This document shows, one piece after another, positions 20,404 to 33,842 of a stretch of 64,000 nucleotides of DNA (position 1 is its first letter; the number at the start of each line of letters is the position of its first letter). The notes under the pieces are model-generated. The model saw nothing but the letters and a program-made list of their open reading frames with translations, was not told where the DNA came from and searched no databases. This stretch comes from Gammaproteobacteria bacterium. GTDB lineage: Bacteria > Pseudomonadota > Gammaproteobacteria > Eutrophobiales > Eutrophobiaceae. The stretch covers positions 1,248,001-1,312,000 of the forward strand of contig OZ244905.1 of NCBI GenBank assembly GCA_965221695.1, written 5' to 3'. The position numbers and the translations under genes were made by a program.

Positions 20404-23400
20404 TTAACTGGAAAGAGTGCTGGTAGCGTATTCCGCCGAATCTTCCCGCGTCGGAGGCAGGATAATTACCTCCGTGCCATCGCTGCCATCCCCGTCTTCC
20501 ACAGCATGTTCCTTGAGACCTTGCTGTACTTCCATTTCATCCTCAGCGCGCTGTTTTCTCCGCTCGTTATGGTACGCAAGCCCTGTGCCTGCCGGCACCA
20601 GGCGACCAACGATGACGTTTTCCTTCAATCCGCGCAGGTCATCCCGTTTGCTGTTGACGCTGGCTTCAGTCAGCACTCGGGTAGTCTCCTGGAACGATGC
20701 CGCTGAGATAAATGATTCGGTAGACAGTGACGCCTTGGTAATACCCAGCAACACCGGTTCCCATTGCGCCTCCAGCTTGTCGTTCGTCCGCAGCTCCTCA
20801 TTCTCATTCATGACCCTGGCTTTCTCCATCTGTTCGCCCTTGAGAAAAACTGATTCGCCCGGATCTGTGATTTCGACCTTGCGCAACATCTGCCTGACAA
20901 TGATTTCGATATGCTTGTCGTTAATCTTAACGCCTTGCAAGCGGTAGACCTCCTGGATTTCGTTCACGATATAATTCGCCAAGGCATGCGCGCCCTTCAA
21001 CCTGAGGATATCATGGGGTGTCGGGGGACCGTCAGCGACTGCCTCGCCTTTTTCCACATGCTCTCCCTCAAACACATTGATGTGACGCCATTTCGGCACC
21101 AGCAACTCATGGTCTTCTCCATTTTTGTCGGTGATAACCAAGCGCTGTTTGCCTTTTGTATCCTTGCCGAAACTTACCAAGCCGCTCGCTTCAGCCAGGA
21201 TCCCCGGCTCCTTGGGTTTTCTGGCTTCAAACAGATCGGCAACCCTGGGCAGACCACCGGTGATATCGCGGGTTTTCAGCGACTCCTCCGGCATTTTAGC
21301 GATCTCATCGCCGACTTTTACCTCAGCGCCTTCGCGCACACTAATAATCGTCTTCGATTTCAGTGGATAATGCGCGGGAATGGATGTGTCAGGAAAGGTC
21401 AACTGCGCTCCATCCGCATCCACGAGGATCACGACCGGACGCATTTCTCTTGCGTCACTGGGACGTTCCTTGGGATCCATGATCATCATGTTGGTCAAGC
21501 CAGTGATCTCGTCAATGTGTCGGGAAACAGTCTTGCCTTCGACAATATCGGCGAATCGGACCGTGCCCGAAACCTCGGTGATGAGCGGGCGTGTATGCGG
21601 GTCCCAACTGGCGATTTTCACGCCGGGTTCCACCACATCGCCGTCTTGTACGGTAAGCACCGCCCCGTACTCAAGCTTGTAACGCTCGCGCTCTCTGCCG
21701 ACCTCATCCAGCAACGACACATCCCCGGAGCGTGATACAACCACGCTGTTGCCGCTCTCTTGCTCAAGCAGTTTGACGTTATCCAAACGCACGCTGCCGC
21801 CGTATTTCACGTCGATGCTGCTGGTCGCAGCCACCCGGGAGGCGGCGCCGCCTATATGGAATGTTCTCATCGTTAATTGCGTGCCGGGTTCGCCGATCGA
21901 TTGCGCAGCCACGACGCCGACAGCCTCGCCAATATTAACCAGATGGCCGCGCGCCAGATCTCTGCCGTAACAGCGCGCGCAGATCCCATAACGGGTCTCA
22001 CAGGTTATCGGCGAACGCACCTCTACCTCATCAACGCCGTTTTCATCCATCAGTTCGGCCAGTTCCTCATCCAGCAAAGTACCGGCAGGAATAATTATCT
22101 CCTCGGGAGAACCAGGTTTGGTGATATCACTGACCAGGACCCGCCCCAGCACTCTTTCCCGCAGAGGTTCGACAACATCTCCTCCTTCAATCAGGGAAGT
22201 CAGCTTGATGCCGGCCTCCGTGCCGCAATCGTCTTCAGTGACGACCAGGTCTTGGGCAACATCCACCAGACGCCGGGTCAGGTACCCGGAATTGGCGGTT
22301 TTCAAGGCTGTATCCGCAAGACCTTTGCGCGCGCCATGGGTGGATATAAAATACTGGAGCACATCAAGACCTTCTCTGAAGTTCGCAGTGATAGGTGTTT
22401 CAATGATCGAACCATCTGGTTTTGCCATCAGTCCGCGCATGCCGGCCAGTTGTCTGATTTGGGCTGCAGAGCCGCGCGCGCCGGAATCTGCCATCATGAA
22501 AATCGAATTGAACGAGGGCTCATCAACCTCGGCGTCATTCTTGTCTCGGACTGTTTCCACACCCAGCTTGTCCATCATGGCCTTGGCTACCTGATCGCTG
22601 GTACGCGACCAGATATCGACCACCTTGTTATAGCGCTCGCCGTTGGTGATCAACCCTGAGGTATACTGCTGCTCGAACTGTTTGACATGCTCTTCCGTCT
22701 CGCCAATGATGTCGCTCTTGTCTTCCGGAACTACCATATCATCAACACCGAAGGAAACGCCGGCGCGGGTCGAGTAATGAAACCCGGTGTACATCAGTCG
22801 ATCTGAGAATATAACGGTTGTTTTCAGGCCAAGTCGCCGATAGCAGACATTAATCAGCCTGGAAATGGAGCGTTTGTTAAGAACCTGATTGACCAGTGAA
22901 AACGGCATCTCCTCGGGCAAAATACGCGACAGCAATGCCCTGCCGACCGTGGTTTCTACGCGCTCGTAATTTGGCAGCGCATCGTTATCGCGGTCGTTGC
23001 CGGGCGCTGCCTGCCTGATGCGCACACTGATCTTTGCGTGCAAATCAACTGCGCCGCATTCGTATGCGCGATGGACTTCGTCCACATCGACGAACACTTT
23101 GCCGGCGCCTTTTGCCTGCGCCGACTCCCGGGTCATGTAATACAGCCCAAGCACTACGTCCTGGGTGGGCACGATAATGGGTTCGCCGTTAGCAGGCGAT
23201 AGAATATTATTAGTGGACATCATCAAGGTGCGCAATTCCAGTTGCGCCTCAATGGAAAGCGGGACATGCACGGCCATCTGGTCGCCGTCGAAATCCGCAT
23301 TGAATGCCGTGCACACCAAGGGGTGCAACTGGATTGCCTTGCCTTCGATCAGCACAGGCTCAAACGCCTGGATGCCGAGGCGGTGCAGGGTGGGCGCCCG

Positions 23401-24672
23401 GTTCAGCATGACCGGGTGCTCGCGGATAACCTCTTCCAGGATATCCCAGACTTCAGGCCCTTCTTTCTCCACCAGTTTTTTTGCCGCCTTAATGGTTGTG
23501 GCCAATCCCCTGCCTTCCAACTTGCTGAAAATAAAGGGCTTAAACAACTCCAGCGCCATTTTTTTGGGCAAGCCGCACTGGTGCAGCTTTAGGGTAGGGC
23601 CCACCACAATGACCGATCGCCCTGAATAGTCGACCCGCTTGCCCAACAGGTTCTGGCGGAAGCGGCCTTGTTTGCCTTTGATCATATCGGCCAGGGATTT
23701 CAAGGGCAGTTTGTTGGCGCCGGTAATGGCCCGGCCTCGGCGTCCGTTATCCAATAGCGCGTCAACCGCCTCCTGCAACATGCGCTTCTCGTTACGCACG
23801 ATAATATCGGGCGCGTTCAAGTCCAGCAAACGCTTCAAGCGGTTGTTGCGGTTGATTACCCGGCGATACAGGTCATTCAGATCAGAGGTGGCAAAACGCC
23901 CGCCGTCCAATGGGACCAACGGCCGCAAATCAGGGGGCAGCACCGGCAGCGCTTCCATGACCATCCACTTCGGGTGGTTGCCGGAACGCTGGAAAGCTTC
24001 CAGCAGTTTGAGCCGTTTTGAAAGTTTTTTCAGCTTGGTTTCCGACTTGGTCTGCGGCATTTCCTCGCGCAGTTTCTTTATCTCGGCGTCGAGGTCTATA
24101 TTAGCCAGCAGCTCGCGGATCGCCTCAGCGCCCATTTTTGCCTCGAACTCATCGCCATACTGTTCAATAGCCTCAAGATAACTGTCTTCCGCCAGCAACT
24201 GTCCAGGCTGCAATTGGGTCAGGCCCGGATCAATGACTACATAGGCTTCAAAGTACAATACCCGCTCTATCTCGCGCAGAGTCATATCCAACAGCAGTCC
24301 CATCCGGGATGGCAAAGACTTCAGGTACCAGATATGCGCAACGGGGCTGGCCAACTCGATATGTCCCATACGCTCGCGCCGCTCCTTGGAAAGTGTGACT
24401 TCCACGCCACATTTCTCACATTTCACGCCGCGGTGTTTCAGACGCTTGTACTTGCCGCACAAACATTCGTAATCCTTGACCGGGCCAAAGATTTTTGCGC
24501 AGAACAAACCGTCCCGTTCCGGCTTGAAGGTACGGTAATTGATGGTCTCCGGTTTTTTGACTTCTCCCATCGACCAGGAATGGATCTTATCAGGCGACGC
24601 CAAGCCGATGACAATAGCATCGAACTCTTCGATCTGGTTCTGTTGTTTCAGCAGCTTTAATAAATCTTTCAA
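20404..24672 (-). CDS. rpoC: RNA polymerase beta' subunit
   Basis: NADFDGD; Zn-finger CLCGKYK...CEKC. Confidence 0.99.
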   Translation of the reverse strand: MKDLLKLLKQQNQIEEFDAIVIGLASPDKIHSWSMGEVKKPETINYRTFKPERDGLFCAKIFGPVKDYECLCGKYKRLKHRGVKCEKCGVEVTLSKERRERMGHIELASPVAHIWYLKSLPSRMGLLLDMTLREIERVLYFEAYVVIDPGLTQLQPGQLLAEDSYLEAIEQYGDEFEAKMGAEAIRELLANIDLDAEIKKLREEMPQTKSETKLKKLSKRLKLLEAFQRSGNHPKWMVMEALPVLPPDLRPLVPLDGGRFATSDLNDLYRRVINRNNRLKRLLDLNAPDIIVRNEKRMLQEAVDALLDNGRRGRAITGANKLPLKSLADMIKGKQGRFRQNLLGKRVDYSGRSVIVVGPTLKLHQCGLPKKMALELFKPFIFSKLEGRGLATTIKAAKKLVEKEGPEVWDILEEVIREHPVMLNRAPTLHRLGIQAFEPVLIEGKAIQLHPLVCTAFNADFDGDQMAVHVPLSIEAQLELRTLMMSTNNILSPANGEPIIVPTQDVVLGLYYMTRESAQAKGAGKVFVDVDEVHRAYECGAVDLHAKISVRIRQAAPGNDRDNDALPNYERVETTVGRALLSRILPEEMPFSLVNQVLNKRSISRLINVCYRRLGLKTTVIFSDRLMYTGFHYSTRAGVSFGVDDMVVPEDKSDIIGETEEHVKQFEQQYTSGLITNGERYNKVVDIWSRTSDQVAKAMMDKLGVETVRDKNDAEVDEPSFNSIFMMADSGARGSAAQIRQLAGMRGLMAKPDGSIIETPITANFREGLDVLQYFISTHGARKGLADTALKTANSGYLTRRLVDVAQDLVVTEDDCGTEAGIKLTSLIEGGDVVEPLRERVLGRVLVSDITKPGSPEEIIIPAGTLLDEELAELMDENGVDEVEVRSPITCETRYGICARCYGRDLARGHLVNIGEAVGVVAAQSIGEPGTQLTMRTFHIGGAASRVAATSSIDVKYGGSVRLDNVKLLEQESGNSVVVSRSGDVSLLDEVGRERERYKLEYGAVLTVQDGDVVEPGVKIASWDPHTRPLITEVSGTVRFADIVEGKTVSRHIDEITGLTNMMIMDPKERPSDAREMRPVVILVDADGAQLTFPDTSIPAHYPLKSKTIISVREGAEVKVGDEIAKMPEESLKTRDITGGLPRVADLFEARKPKEPGILAEASGLVSFGKDTKGKQRLVITDKNGEDHELLVPKWRHINVFEGEHVEKGEAVADGPPTPHDILRLKGAHALANYIVNEIQEVYRLQGVKINDKHIEIIVRQMLRKVEITDPGESVFLKGEQMEKARVMNENEELRTNDKLEAQWEPVLLGITKASLSTESFISAASFQETTRVLTEASVNSKRDDLRGLKENVIVGRLVPAGTGLAYHNERRKQRAEDEMEVQQGLKEHAVEDGDGSDGTEVIILPPTREDSAEYATSTLSS

Positions 24673-24683
24673 TGTTCACTACC

Positions 24684-27600
24684 TCATTCAAGTTCTATGT
24701 CTATGCCCAGGGACTTGATCTCCTTCAGCAGAACGTTGAAGGACTCGGGCATGCCGGCTTCTATCTGGTGATTGCCATCGACGATGTTCTTGTACATTTT
24801 CGTACGGCCGTTCACGTCGTCGGACTTGACTGTCAGCATTTCCTGCAAGGTATAAGCGGCGCCGTATGCCTCCAGCGCCCAGACCTCCATTTCGCCAAAA
24901 CGCTGGCCGCCGAATTGAGCCTTACCGCCCAGGGGTTGCTGTGTTACCAGACTGTAGGGCCCGGTGGAACGGGCATGCATCTTGTCGTCAACAAGATGGT
25001 TGAGTTTCAACATGTACATGTACCCCACAGTAATCGGCCGGTCGAACGGGTCGCCGGTCCTGCCGTCATACAAAATGCTCTGGCCGTCGCGGCTCAGCCC
25101 GGCCAGTTCAAGCATGTCCTTGATTTCCTGTTCGCTGGCCCCGTCAAAAACCGGTGTGGCGATGGGCACACCATCCTTGAGGTTCTCCGCCAGGTGCAGA
25201 ATTTCGTCATCAGAAAGCTGGTCCAGTTGCTCCGTTCTGCCGCCGCTGTCGTTGTAAATCTTTTCCAGCAGCGCGCGCAGGTCTTTGGTTTTCTGCTGCG
25301 CAGCAAGCAGCGCGCCGATGCGCTGTCCCAGGCCCTTGGCGGCCCAACCCAAGTGGGTTTCCAACACCTGGCCCACGTTCATGCGGGAAGGCACGCCCAG
25401 AGGGTTCAATACGATATCTACTGGTGTTCCATCCTCCAGATAAGGCATGTCCTCTACGGGTATGATGGTGGAAATAACGCCTTTGTTGCCATGCCGGCCC
25501 GCCATTTTGTCACCAGGCTGGATATGCCGTTTGACCGCAAGATAAACCTTGACGATCTTCAATACACCGGGCGCTAGATCGTCTCCAGTGGTCAACTTGT
25601 CTCGCTGGTCCTTGAACTTGTCGTCAAATTCCTCCTTGAGCTGGCGCAACTGCTCTGCGGCCTGTTCCAGAATGCGAGTCTGCGCATTGCTGCGAAAACG
25701 AATTTCAAACCATTTGTCGCGGGGGGTATCCGCCAGAAATTCACTCTTGATGACCGTGCCGCGCTTGTATCCGTTCGGCCCGCCCTCTGCCTTCTTGCCG
25801 ACGAGATTGCGTTCCAATCTTTGGTATACCCCGTCTTCCATGATTCGCAACTGGTCGTTCAAATCCTTTCTGATCCGATTCAATTCCGCCTCTTCAATTT
25901 CCATGGCCCGGGCATCTTTTTCCACACCGTCGCGGGTAAATACCTGCACATGTATCACCGTGCCGTTCATGCCTGAGGGCACCCTCAGGGAGGTATCTTT
26001 GACATCGGAAGCCTTCTCGCCAAATATCGCCCGCAGCAGTTTCTCTTCCGGGGTGAGTTGCGTCTCGCCTTTCGGCGTCACCTTGCCGACCAGGATATCG
26101 CCGGGGCTGACCTCTGCGCCGATATACACGATGCCGGATTCATCCAGCTTGCTCAAGGCGCTCTCGCTGACATTCGGGATATCCGCGGAAATCTCCTCCG
26201 GACCAAGCTTGATATCCCGCGCGACGCAACTGAGTTCTTCAATATGAATACTGGTGTAGCGTTCATCCTTGACCAGTCGCTCGGAAATCAGGATGGAGTC
26301 CTCGAAGTTATAGCCGTTCCAGGGCATGAATGCGACCATGAGATTCTGCCCCAGGGCCAACTCTCCAAGATCCGTTGCGGGACCATCAGCCAGCACATCC
26401 TTGCTGGCAATCATGTCGCCCGGTTTGACCAACGGCTTCTGGTTGATGCAAGTGTTCTGGTTGGAGCGGGTATACTTGACCAGGTTGTAGATATCGACAC
26501 CTGGATCCCCAGGCGCTATCTCTTCATCATTCACGCGCACGACGATACGACTGGCATCGACGGAATCAACCACGCCGCCGCGATCGGCGGTCACCGTGAC
26601 ACCGGAATCCTTTGCTACCGTCCGTTCAATGCCGGTTCCGACCAGCGGTTTCTCGGCGCGGATCGTCGGCACCGCCTGGCGCTGCATATTGGAACCCATC
26701 AATGCCCTGTTGGCGTCATCATGTTCCAGAAAGGGAATTAGCGCCGCCGCGACCGATACGATCTGCCGCGGTGAAACGTCCATGTATTCGACCCGATCAG
26801 GCGTGGACATGGTGAACTCGTTCTGGCGTCGGCATGACACCAGTTCGTCGGTCAGCCTTCCGTCAGCATCCAGGTTCGAGTTGGCCTGGGCGATCATGTA
26901 GTCTCCTTCTTCAATGGCAGACAGGTACTCGATATCGTTGGAAACCTTGCCGTCCTGAACTTTTCTGTAAGGCGTTTCCAGAAAACCGTATTCATTCGCG
27001 CGCGCGTACACCGCAAGGGAATTTATCAGACCGATATTGGGTCCTTCCGGCGTTTCGATGGGGCAAACCCGGCCATAGTGGGTCGGGTGCACATCCCGTA
27101 CCTCAAACCCGGCCCTTTCCCGGGTCAATCCGCCGGGACCCAGCGCGGAGATACGCCGTTTATGGGTAATTTCTGACAACGGATTGTTCTGGTCCATGAA
27201 CTGGGAAAGCTGGCTCGAGCCGAAAAACTCCTTGACCACCGCCGAAACAGGTTTCGCATTGATGATCTCCTGGGGCATCAGCCCTTCAGATTCAGCCAGG
27301 CTCAGCCGCTCTTTGACCGCGCGCTCCAGCCGTACGAGTCCGATCCTGAACTGGTTCTCGACCATCTCTCCGACGCTGCGCACCCGGCGGTTGCCCAGGT
27401 GGTCAATATCATCAACCGTGCCTTTGCCATTGCGAATGTCCATCAATGTCCGCAACACATCGATGATGTCCGAGCTGTCGCCCAGTTCTTCGCGCATCTT
27501 CTTGGACGTCTCATCGTTCCGTTCGCTGAAATATTTTCCGTCATAGATTACGCCCGGCCCGGTGACCTCCTGGCGGTTAACCCGGCGATTGAACTTCATC

Positions 27601-28826
27601 CGTCCGACTGCGGACAGGTCATAACGATCCTGGGAGAAAAACAGGTTTTTGAACAGATTTTCCGCTGATTCCTTGGTCGGCGGTTCACCCGGACGCATGA
27701 CCCGGTAGATTTCAATCTGCGCGTCCTGTTGCGACGCAGTCTGGTCCATGCGCAGCGTATCGGCAATAAACGGTCCGCAATTCAGGTCGTTGACAAACAG
27801 GGTTTCCAGTTCCAGCTTGCCCTGCTGACGCAGGGAATCCAGAGTTTCCTGTGTTATCTCGGTATTGGCCTGCGCCAGGATTTCACCGGTCTCCATATCG
27901 ACCACATCTCTGGCAAGCGCCTTGCCGATGAGGAATTCATCGGGCACTTTCAGTTCCTTGAGTTTAGCTTTTTCCAGGGCGCGGATATGTCTCACGGTAA
28001 TGCGCTTTTCACTTTCTATGATTACATTTCCAGCTTTGTCCGCGATATCGAAGGTAACTGTTTCGCCGCGCAAGCGTTCCGCTATCAGTTTCAGATAGAT
28101 GCCGTTCTGATCGATCCTGAACTGGTCCGTTTCAAAAAATATGTCCAGGATGTCCTGGGAGGTATAACCCAACGCCTGCAACAATATAGTAGCGAGTATC
28201 TTGCGACGCCGGTCGATACGGCAAAATACAATGTCTTTCGGGTCAAATTCAAAATCCAACCAGGACCCGCGATAAGGAATCACCCTGGCGGAATAAAGCA
28301 GTTTCCCCGATGAGTGGGTCTTGCCCTTATCGCTTTCAAAAAACACGCCGGGCGACCTGTGCAACTGGAATACGATCACCCGCTCCGTGCCGTTGATCAC
28401 GAATGTTCCGGTTTCCGTCATCAGCGGAAGCTCGCCCATATAGACTTCCTGCTCCCTGATATCTTTTACTACCCTGTTGCTCAGGCCCGCGTCCTTATCA
28501 AAAATAACCAACCTTACCCTCGCCTTCATCGACGCCGCGTAAGTGAGCCCTCTCATTTTGCATTCTTTGACGTCAAACTGCGGTTGCTCCAGCCTGTAGC
28601 TGACATATTCCAGGCTGGCATTACCGGAATAACTGTCTATCGGAAAAACAGATTGGAACGCGGCATGCAAACCGGCGTTTTGCCGTTGTTCGGGCGCGCG
28701 GCCGGATTGCAGAAATTCGTCGTAGGAATTTCTCTGGGTCGCCAGCAGGTAAGGCACATCCAGTATGCTTTGTCTTTTTCCGAAATCCTTGCGCAGGCGT
28801 TTCTTTTCAGTATAGGAGTAGGTCAT
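24684..28826 (-). CDS. rpoB: RNA polymerase beta subunit
   Basis: [21 protein letters not shown]; [12 protein letters not shown]; [11 protein letters not shown]. Confidence 0.99.
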   Translation of the reverse strand: MTYSYTEKKRLRKDFGKRQSILDVPYLLATQRNSYDEFLQSGRAPEQRQNAGLHAAFQSVFPIDSYSGNASLEYVSYRLEQPQFDVKECKMRGLTYAASMKARVRLVIFDKDAGLSNRVVKDIREQEVYMGELPLMTETGTFVINGTERVIVFQLHRSPGVFFESDKGKTHSSGKLLYSARVIPYRGSWLDFEFDPKDIVFCRIDRRRKILATILLQALGYTSQDILDIFFETDQFRIDQNGIYLKLIAERLRGETVTFDIADKAGNVIIESEKRITVRHIRALEKAKLKELKVPDEFLIGKALARDVVDMETGEILAQANTEITQETLDSLRQQGKLELETLFVNDLNCGPFIADTLRMDQTASQQDAQIEIYRVMRPGEPPTKESAENLFKNLFFSQDRYDLSAVGRMKFNRRVNRQEVTGPGVIYDGKYFSERNDETSKKMREELGDSSDIIDVLRTLMDIRNGKGTVDDIDHLGNRRVRSVGEMVENQFRIGLVRLERAVKERLSLAESEGLMPQEIINAKPVSAVVKEFFGSSQLSQFMDQNNPLSEITHKRRISALGPGGLTRERAGFEVRDVHPTHYGRVCPIETPEGPNIGLINSLAVYARANEYGFLETPYRKVQDGKVSNDIEYLSAIEEGDYMIAQANSNLDADGRLTDELVSCRRQNEFTMSTPDRVEYMDVSPRQIVSVAAALIPFLEHDDANRALMGSNMQRQAVPTIRAEKPLVGTGIERTVAKDSGVTVTADRGGVVDSVDASRIVVRVNDEEIAPGDPGVDIYNLVKYTRSNQNTCINQKPLVKPGDMIASKDVLADGPATDLGELALGQNLMVAFMPWNGYNFEDSILISERLVKDERYTSIHIEELSCVARDIKLGPEEISADIPNVSESALSKLDESGIVYIGAEVSPGDILVGKVTPKGETQLTPEEKLLRAIFGEKASDVKDTSLRVPSGMNGTVIHVQVFTRDGVEKDARAMEIEEAELNRIRKDLNDQLRIMEDGVYQRLERNLVGKKAEGGPNGYKRGTVIKSEFLADTPRDKWFEIRFRSNAQTRILEQAAEQLRQLKEEFDDKFKDQRDKLTTGDDLAPGVLKIVKVYLAVKRHIQPGDKMAGRHGNKGVISTIIPVEDMPYLEDGTPVDIVLNPLGVPSRMNVGQVLETHLGWAAKGLGQRIGALLAAQQKTKDLRALLEKIYNDSGGRTEQLDQLSDDEILHLAENLKDGVPIATPVFDGASEQEIKDMLELAGLSRDGQSILYDGRTGDPFDRPITVGYMYMLKLNHLVDDKMHARSTGPYSLVTQQPLGGKAQFGGQRFGEMEVWALEAYGAAYTLQEMLTVKSDDVNGRTKMYKNIVDGNHQIEAGMPESFNVLLKEIKSLGIDIELE

Positions 28827-28980
28827 TACATACCCTCTTCATGAAGAAAAGTGAGGAAAGTGGCTGGCGTCGGAAGTAAATATGCCCAGGCAGATCGCGG
28901 GCAGGCAGCCGCCTCCATAGATTTTCCGAACGCGGGCAGCGCAAACGATACCGACCTGTTCATGCAGGTCCCTGACAACA

Positions 28981-29002
28981 GGGACAGATTCAAATCTGTC
29001 CC
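28981..29002. repeat. REP-like palindrome GGGACAGATT-CA-AATCTGTCCC
   Basis: Perfect 10-bp stem in the rplL-rpoB spacer; related copy at 45787-45810. Confidence 0.6.
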
Positions 29003-29061
29003 GGTCTTGCGCCGATTGCCGTGTTGTTGGCAGGCGTGGCCAAAAATACGACACAGTTGAA

Positions 29062-29442
29062 CTATTTAAGTTCAACTGTGGCGCCGGCCTCTTCCAACTT
29101 CGCCTTTGCCTCTTCGGCCTCCTCCTTGTTTACCGCTTCCCTGATTGTAGCCGGCACGCCTTCCACCAGATCTTTCGCTTCTTTCAACCCCATACCGGTA
29201 ATAGCCCGTACTACCTTGATAACAGGCACCTTGCTGTTGCCGAAGCTGCTCATGACCACATCGAATTCGGTTTTTTCCTCAGCTTCCTCCACTACCGCAG
29301 CAGTTCCGGCTGCAGCCACGGCGGCAACAGGCGCAGCAGCGCTTACGCCCCATTCTTCTTCCAGTTCCGAGATAAGACCCACCAGGTCAATGACCGGCAT
29401 ACTGCTCAGGGCCGCTTTGATTTCATCTTTTGAGACAGACAT
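29062..29442 (-). CDS. rplL: 50S ribosomal protein L7/L12
   Basis: EEKTEFDV; [10 protein letters not shown]; [11 protein letters not shown]. Confidence 0.99.
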   Translation of the reverse strand: MSVSKDEIKAALSSMPVIDLVGLISELEEEWGVSAAAPVAAVAAAGTAAVVEEAEEKTEFDVVMSSFGNSKVPVIKVVRAITGMGLKEAKDLVEGVPATIREAVNKEEAEEAKAKLEEAGATVELK

Positions 29443-29478
29443 TTTCTACTCCTCTTCGATACACTAACTGAATATGGG

Positions 29479-30003
29479 TTATGTGGCTTGCTGCTCACGG
29501 CGAGCGTCAAGCACACGCAACAATTTCGCCTCCGGCTCCGACAGAACGCGCAGGAATTTACTGAGCGGCGCCTGCATTAAGCCGAGCAACATGGATCGCG
29601 CCTGATCCTGGGTCGGCATATTCGCAACGCTTTCAATCTGAGCGCTATCAAGCAGTTGCCCGTCAACGGCAATCAGCCTGACAACCAGCTTTTCATTTTC
29701 CTTGGCAAAGTCGCGAATCACCTTTGCCGCCGAGCCCGGTTCCTCATTGGAAAAAGCCAGCAGCAGCGGGCCGGAAAGCGTCTCGCGCATACATTCAAAC
29801 TTTGTTCCTTCCAAGGCGCGGCGCGCCAGGGTATTCCGCACCACCCTGAGATAAATCCCGGCAGAACGGGCCGAGGACCGCAACGCCGTCATCTCGGCAA
29901 CGTCCAGCCCCTTGTACTCTGCTGCAATGGCCGCGGGCGCCGCAGCGGCGACTGCTGCCACCTCAGCCACAACGGCCTCCTTCTGTTTCAGTGTAAGACT
30001 CAT
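29479..30003 (-). CDS. rplJ: 50S ribosomal protein L10
   Basis: RVVRNTLARRA; operon position. Confidence 0.98.
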   Translation of the reverse strand: MSLTLKQKEAVVAEVAAVAAAAPAAIAAEYKGLDVAEMTALRSSARSAGIYLRVVRNTLARRALEGTKFECMRETLSGPLLLAFSNEEPGSAAKVIRDFAKENEKLVVRLIAVDGQLLDSAQIESVANMPTQDQARSMLLGLMQAPLSKFLRVLSEPEAKLLRVLDARREQQAT

Positions 30004-30020
30004 AATTCCATCTCCGGTTC

Positions 30021-30707
30021 CTAGCCGACTTCGTCAACCGCGATGCCGGGACCCATGGTGGTTGAAAGACTGATTTTCTTCAGATATACACCCTTGGAAG
30101 CGCTTGGTTTCGCCTTTTTCAGATCCGCCAGCAGGGCATCCAGATTTTCCTTCAACGCCTCTGTGGCGAACGATGTCTTGCCAATTCCGCAATGGATAAT
30201 ACCGTTTTTATCTGTGCGGTAACGTACCTGACCCGCTTTGGCATTGCGCACCGCATGACCGATATCCTTGGTCACCGTGCCCACTTTCGGGTTGGGCATT
30301 AAACCCCGGGGACCGAGGATTTTGCCCAGCTTGCCGACTACCGGCATGGCATCCGGCGCGGCAATCACAACATTGAAGTCCATCAACCCACCCTGTACCT
30401 GCTCTGCCAGGTCCTGCAGACCGATGTATTCGGCGCCGGCGGCCTGGGCCTGGTCCGCCTGTTCTCCCTGGGCAAATACGGCCACTTTAACGACTTTGCC
30501 CGTACCTTGCGGCAGAACGGTCGAGCCCCTGACGATTTGGTCAGATTTTCTAGGGTCCACACCGAGGTTGACAGCCACCTCAACCGTCTCGTCAAACTTT
30601 GCATTTGCGTTCTCCTTGAGCAGGTTGAGAGCCTCCATCGCTGCATAGGATTTCCCGGTGTCGATTTTTTCCCTGGCCTCACGCGTACGTTTCGATAATC
30701 TTGCCAT
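30021..30707 (-). CDS. rplA: 50S ribosomal protein L1
   Basis: [15 protein letters not shown]; STTMGPG; start placed at ATG 30707. Confidence 0.99.
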   Translation of the reverse strand: MARLSKRTREAREKIDTGKSYAAMEALNLLKENANAKFDETVEVAVNLGVDPRKSDQIVRGSTVLPQGTGKVVKVAVFAQGEQADQAQAAGAEYIGLQDLAEQVQGGLMDFNVVIAAPDAMPVVGKLGKILGPRGLMPNPKVGTVTKDIGHAVRNAKAGQVRYRTDKNGIIHCGIGKTSFATEALKENLDALLADLKKAKPSASKGVYLKKISLSTTMGPGIAVDEVG

Positions 30708-30708
30708 A

Positions 30709-31155
30709 TCAGGCCACCTCGGTCTCAATACCCATGCTTCTCGCGGTGCCGGCAATGGTAAGCACAGCCGCGTCCAAGCCGCCCGCGGTCAGATCAGGCT
30801 GCTTGGCTTTGGCAATTTCCTCCAGTTGCGCGCGCGTCACCTTGCCGACCTTTTCCTTATTGGGCTCGCCACTACCGCCTTCAATGCCCGCGGCCTTTTT
30901 CAGCAAGTAGGAAGCCGGAGGCGTTTTCGTTACAAAAGAGAAACTCTTGTCCGTATACACGCTGATAATCGTCGGCACCGGCAAGCCTTCCTCCATATTC
31001 TGGGTCTGCGCATTGAATGCTTTGCAGAACTCCATGATATTCAAGCCATGCTGGCCCAGAGCCGGACCAACCGGCGGACTCGGGTTTGCCTGCCCCGCCT
31101 GCACCTGCAACTTGATATAAGCGCTGATTTTCTTTGAACCGGTTTTTTTTGCCAC
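30709..31155 (-). CDS. rplK: 50S ribosomal protein L11
   Basis: [15 protein letters not shown]; GTARSMG. Confidence 0.99.
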   Translation of the reverse strand: MAKKTGSKKISAYIKLQVQAGQANPSPPVGPALGQHGLNIMEFCKAFNAQTQNMEEGLPVPTIISVYTDKSFSFVTKTPPASYLLKKAAGIEGGSGEPNKEKVGKVTRAQLEEIAKAKQPDLTAGGLDAAVLTIAGTARSMGIETEVA

Positions 31156-31191
31156 TGTCTTACTCCCGCATATCGCGCAGCGATATTGCCT

Positions 31192-31725
31192 CTACTCTTT
31201 TTCCACTTGGGTGAACTCAAGCTCTACCGGCGTTGAGCGCCCGAAGATCAATACGGAAACCACCAATCGACTCTTTTCATAATTCACTTCTTCCACCACA
31301 CCGTTAAAATCCGTAAACGGCCCATCGTTGACCCGCACCACTTCGCCCGGCTCGAACAATACCTTTGGCCTGGGTTTGTCCGCTCCGTCCTCGACCCGCT
31401 GCAGGATGGAATTCGCCTCAGCAGTGGAGATAGGCGCCGGATTGCCCGTTGTCCCGCCGATAAAGCCCAGCACCCGGGGCGCTTCCTTGACCAGATGCCA
31501 GGTCGCATCGTTCATTTCCATCTGCACCAGCACATAGCCGGGGAAAAACTTGCGATCACTCTTGCGCTTCTTGCCGTCCCGCATTTCCACGACTTCCTCG
31601 GTAGGCACCAGTATCTCGCCGAACTGTTCCTTGAGTTCGCTTCGTTCAATACGCTCCATGAGCGAACGCATCACATTCTGTTCATGGCCGGAATAAGCCT
31701 GCACCACATACCATTTAAGCGCCAC
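31192..31725 (-). CDS. nusG: Transcription factor NusG
   Basis: WYVVQAYSG; FPGYVLV; [10 protein letters not shown]. Confidence 0.99.
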   Translation of the reverse strand: MALKWYVVQAYSGHEQNVMRSLMERIERSELKEQFGEILVPTEEVVEMRDGKKRKSDRKFFPGYVLVQMEMNDATWHLVKEAPRVLGFIGGTTGNPAPISTAEANSILQRVEDGADKPRPKVLFEPGEVVRVNDGPFTDFNGVVEEVNYEKSRLVVSVLIFGRSTPVELEFTQVEKE

Positions 31726-31729
31726 CGAC

Positions 31730-32104
31730 CTACCCTCCCGGACCGCCGATCAATGACCTGATTGCCCAACCCAGTACCGAGTCCAACGCCCATAGTATGA
31801 GGGCGGCCAGGATAACCACTCCAATGACAAGCAGCGTCGTCTGTAGCGTCTCCGGGCGGGTCGGCCAGACAACCTTGCGCACTTCGTGTTGGGCCTCCTG
31901 CAGGAAATTCCAGAGTTTTCTGCCAGGTTCCGTCTGCAAGCCAATCCAGGCGCCGACTCCTGTTGCCGCCAGCAATCCCACTACCCGCAACGGCGTTGAC
32001 TGATCCTCAAAGACATAGAATCCAACCAGAGCGGCGATGACGACCAGCGCGGCAATGACCAGTTTTATCAGGTCATATTTCACGTTTACTGTCTCTGAAC
32101 TCAT
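31730..32104 (-). CDS. secE: Preprotein translocase SecE (3-TM form)
   Basis: [13 protein letters not shown]. Confidence 0.97.
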   Translation of the reverse strand: MSSETVNVKYDLIKLVIAALVVIAALVGFYVFEDQSTPLRVVGLLAATGVGAWIGLQTEPGRKLWNFLQEAQHEVRKVVWPTRPETLQTTLLVIGVVILAALILWALDSVLGWAIRSLIGGPGG

Positions 32105-32148
32105 CAGTCAAACACCAGGCCGCCCCGGTCAGGCGCGGCTTGTCCTGT

Positions 32149-32224
32149 TGGCAGGCCAGGAGGGAATCGAACCCCCAACCTGCGGTTTTGGAGACCGCCG
32201 CTCTGCCAATTGAGCTACTGGCCT
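32149..32224 (-). tRNA. tRNA-Trp(CCA)
   Basis: Cloverleaf; anticodon loop CTCCAAA; GTTCGA T-loop; encoded CCA end. Confidence 0.97.
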
Positions 32225-32263
32225 ATCGAGAATAAACAAAAGATATTTACGGATTACCGCCGG

Positions 32264-33454
32264 TTATTCGATAATTTTGCTGACCACGCCGGCGCCTACG
32301 GTGCGGCCTCCTTCACGGATCGCAAAACGCAAGCCCTCTTCCATCGCGATCGGCGATATCAGGTCCACAACCATGCTGATGTTATCGCCCGGCATCACCA
32401 TCTCTGATCCCTCCGGCAAATCCACCGCGCCGGTCACGTCTGTGGTCCGAAAATAAAACTGCGGTCGGTAATTATTGAAAAACGGTGTGTGACGCCCACC
32501 CTCTTCCTTGCTCAGCACATACACCTCGCATTCAAACTTCGTATGCGGCGTGATGCTGCCCGGTTTGCAGACCACCTGACCGCGTTCCACATCGGTGCGT
32601 TTCGTTCCACGCAGCAATACGCCGACGTTGTCACCGGCCTGGCCTTCGTCCAGCAGCTTGCGAAACATCTCCACGCCTGTGCAAGTAGTTTTGTCGGTGT
32701 CGCGTATTCCGACGATTTCCACTTCTTCCCCGACCTTGATTATGCCGCGCTCCACCCGGCCTGTGACGACCGTGCCACGGCCACTGATGGAAAAGACATC
32801 TTCGATGGGCAGCAGGAAAGGCTGGTCTACCGGGCGTTCCGGGATCGGAATGTACTCATCCATTGCTTCAATGAGACGGTCGATGGATTTGGCGCCCATT
32901 TCACTATCTTCACCGTTCAACGCCTGCAATGCGCTGCCTGTTATCACCGGCGTGTCGTCGCCGGGAAACTCATAGGTGTCAAGCAACTCGCGCACTTCCA
33001 TTTCGACCAGTTCCAGCAATTCTGCATCGTCCACCTGGTCGGCTTTATTCAGGTATACAACTATCTTCGGCACGCCCACCTGGCGCGCCAGCAGGATGTG
33101 TTCACGAGTCTGCGGCATTGGCCCGTCCGCAGCGCTCACTACCAGCACCGCGCCATCCATCTGCGCCGCGCCGGTAATCATGTTCTTGACGTAATCCGCG
33201 TGGCCCGGACAGTCTACATGGGCGTAGTGACGGTTCTCACTCTCATACTCAACGTGCGCAGTCGCAATGGTAATGCCGCGTTCGCGCTCTTCCGGCGCAT
33301 TATCAATCTGGTCATACGCCTTGACTTCACCGCCAAAGCGTTCAGCCATTGACATGGTAATGGCAGCGGTTAAAGTTGTCTTCCCGTGATCTACGTGACC
33401 GATTGTTCCCACGTTGACATGGGGTTTAGTTCGCTGAAATTTTTCCTTGGACAT
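32264..33454 (-). CDS. tuf: Elongation factor Tu
   Basis: GHVDHGKTT; DCPGHADY; located behind the tRNA cluster (tufB position). Confidence 0.99.
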   Translation of the reverse strand: MSKEKFQRTKPHVNVGTIGHVDHGKTTLTAAITMSMAERFGGEVKAYDQIDNAPEERERGITIATAHVEYESENRHYAHVDCPGHADYVKNMITGAAQMDGAVLVVSAADGPMPQTREHILLARQVGVPKIVVYLNKADQVDDAELLELVEMEVRELLDTYEFPGDDTPVITGSALQALNGEDSEMGAKSIDRLIEAMDEYIPIPERPVDQPFLLPIEDVFSISGRGTVVTGRVERGIIKVGEEVEIVGIRDTDKTTCTGVEMFRKLLDEGQAGDNVGVLLRGTKRTDVERGQVVCKPGSITPHTKFECEVYVLSKEEGGRHTPFFNNYRPQFYFRTTDVTGAVDLPEGSEMVMPGDNISMVVDLISPIAMEEGLRFAIREGGRTVGAGVVSKIIE

Positions 33455-33495
33455 GCAATATTCTCCTCAGGTTGTTAAACGTAAAATGTCATTCA

Positions 33496-33571
33496 TGGAG
33501 CCCATAACCGGATTTGAACCGGTGACCTCTTCCTTACCAAGGAAGCGCTCTGCCGACTGAGCTATATGGGC
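33496..33571 (-). tRNA. tRNA-Thr(GGT)
   Basis: Anticodon loop TTGGTAA; GTTCAA T-loop; CCA end. Confidence 0.97.
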
Positions 33572-33586
33572 ATCGACCTCAGCTCT

Positions 33587-33660
33587 TGGAGCGGGTGATG
33601 GGAATCGAACCCACGCCGTCAGCTTGGAAGGCTGAAGTTCTACCATTGAACTACACCCGC
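33587..33660 (-). tRNA. tRNA-Gly(TCC)
   Basis: Anticodon loop CTTCCAA; 74 nt; CCA end. Confidence 0.97.
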
Positions 33661-33738
33661 CTGGTAAAACTCGCCCGGAAGCGCCACTACGTCGCCGGCA
33701 TCCTGCCTCTGCGCTGTTTTCCTACCCCCTGCGCCAGT

Positions 33739-33823
33739 TGGTGGAGGGGGTAGGATTCGAACCTACGAAGGCTTTGCCAACAGATTTACAGTCTGCCCCC
33801 GTTGACCGCTTGGGTACCCCTCC
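33739..33823 (-). tRNA. tRNA-Tyr(GTA)
   Basis: Anticodon loop CTGTAAA; long variable arm; CCA end. Confidence 0.97.
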
Positions 33824-33842
33824 GGGCTTAAGCAAGCCGGTT

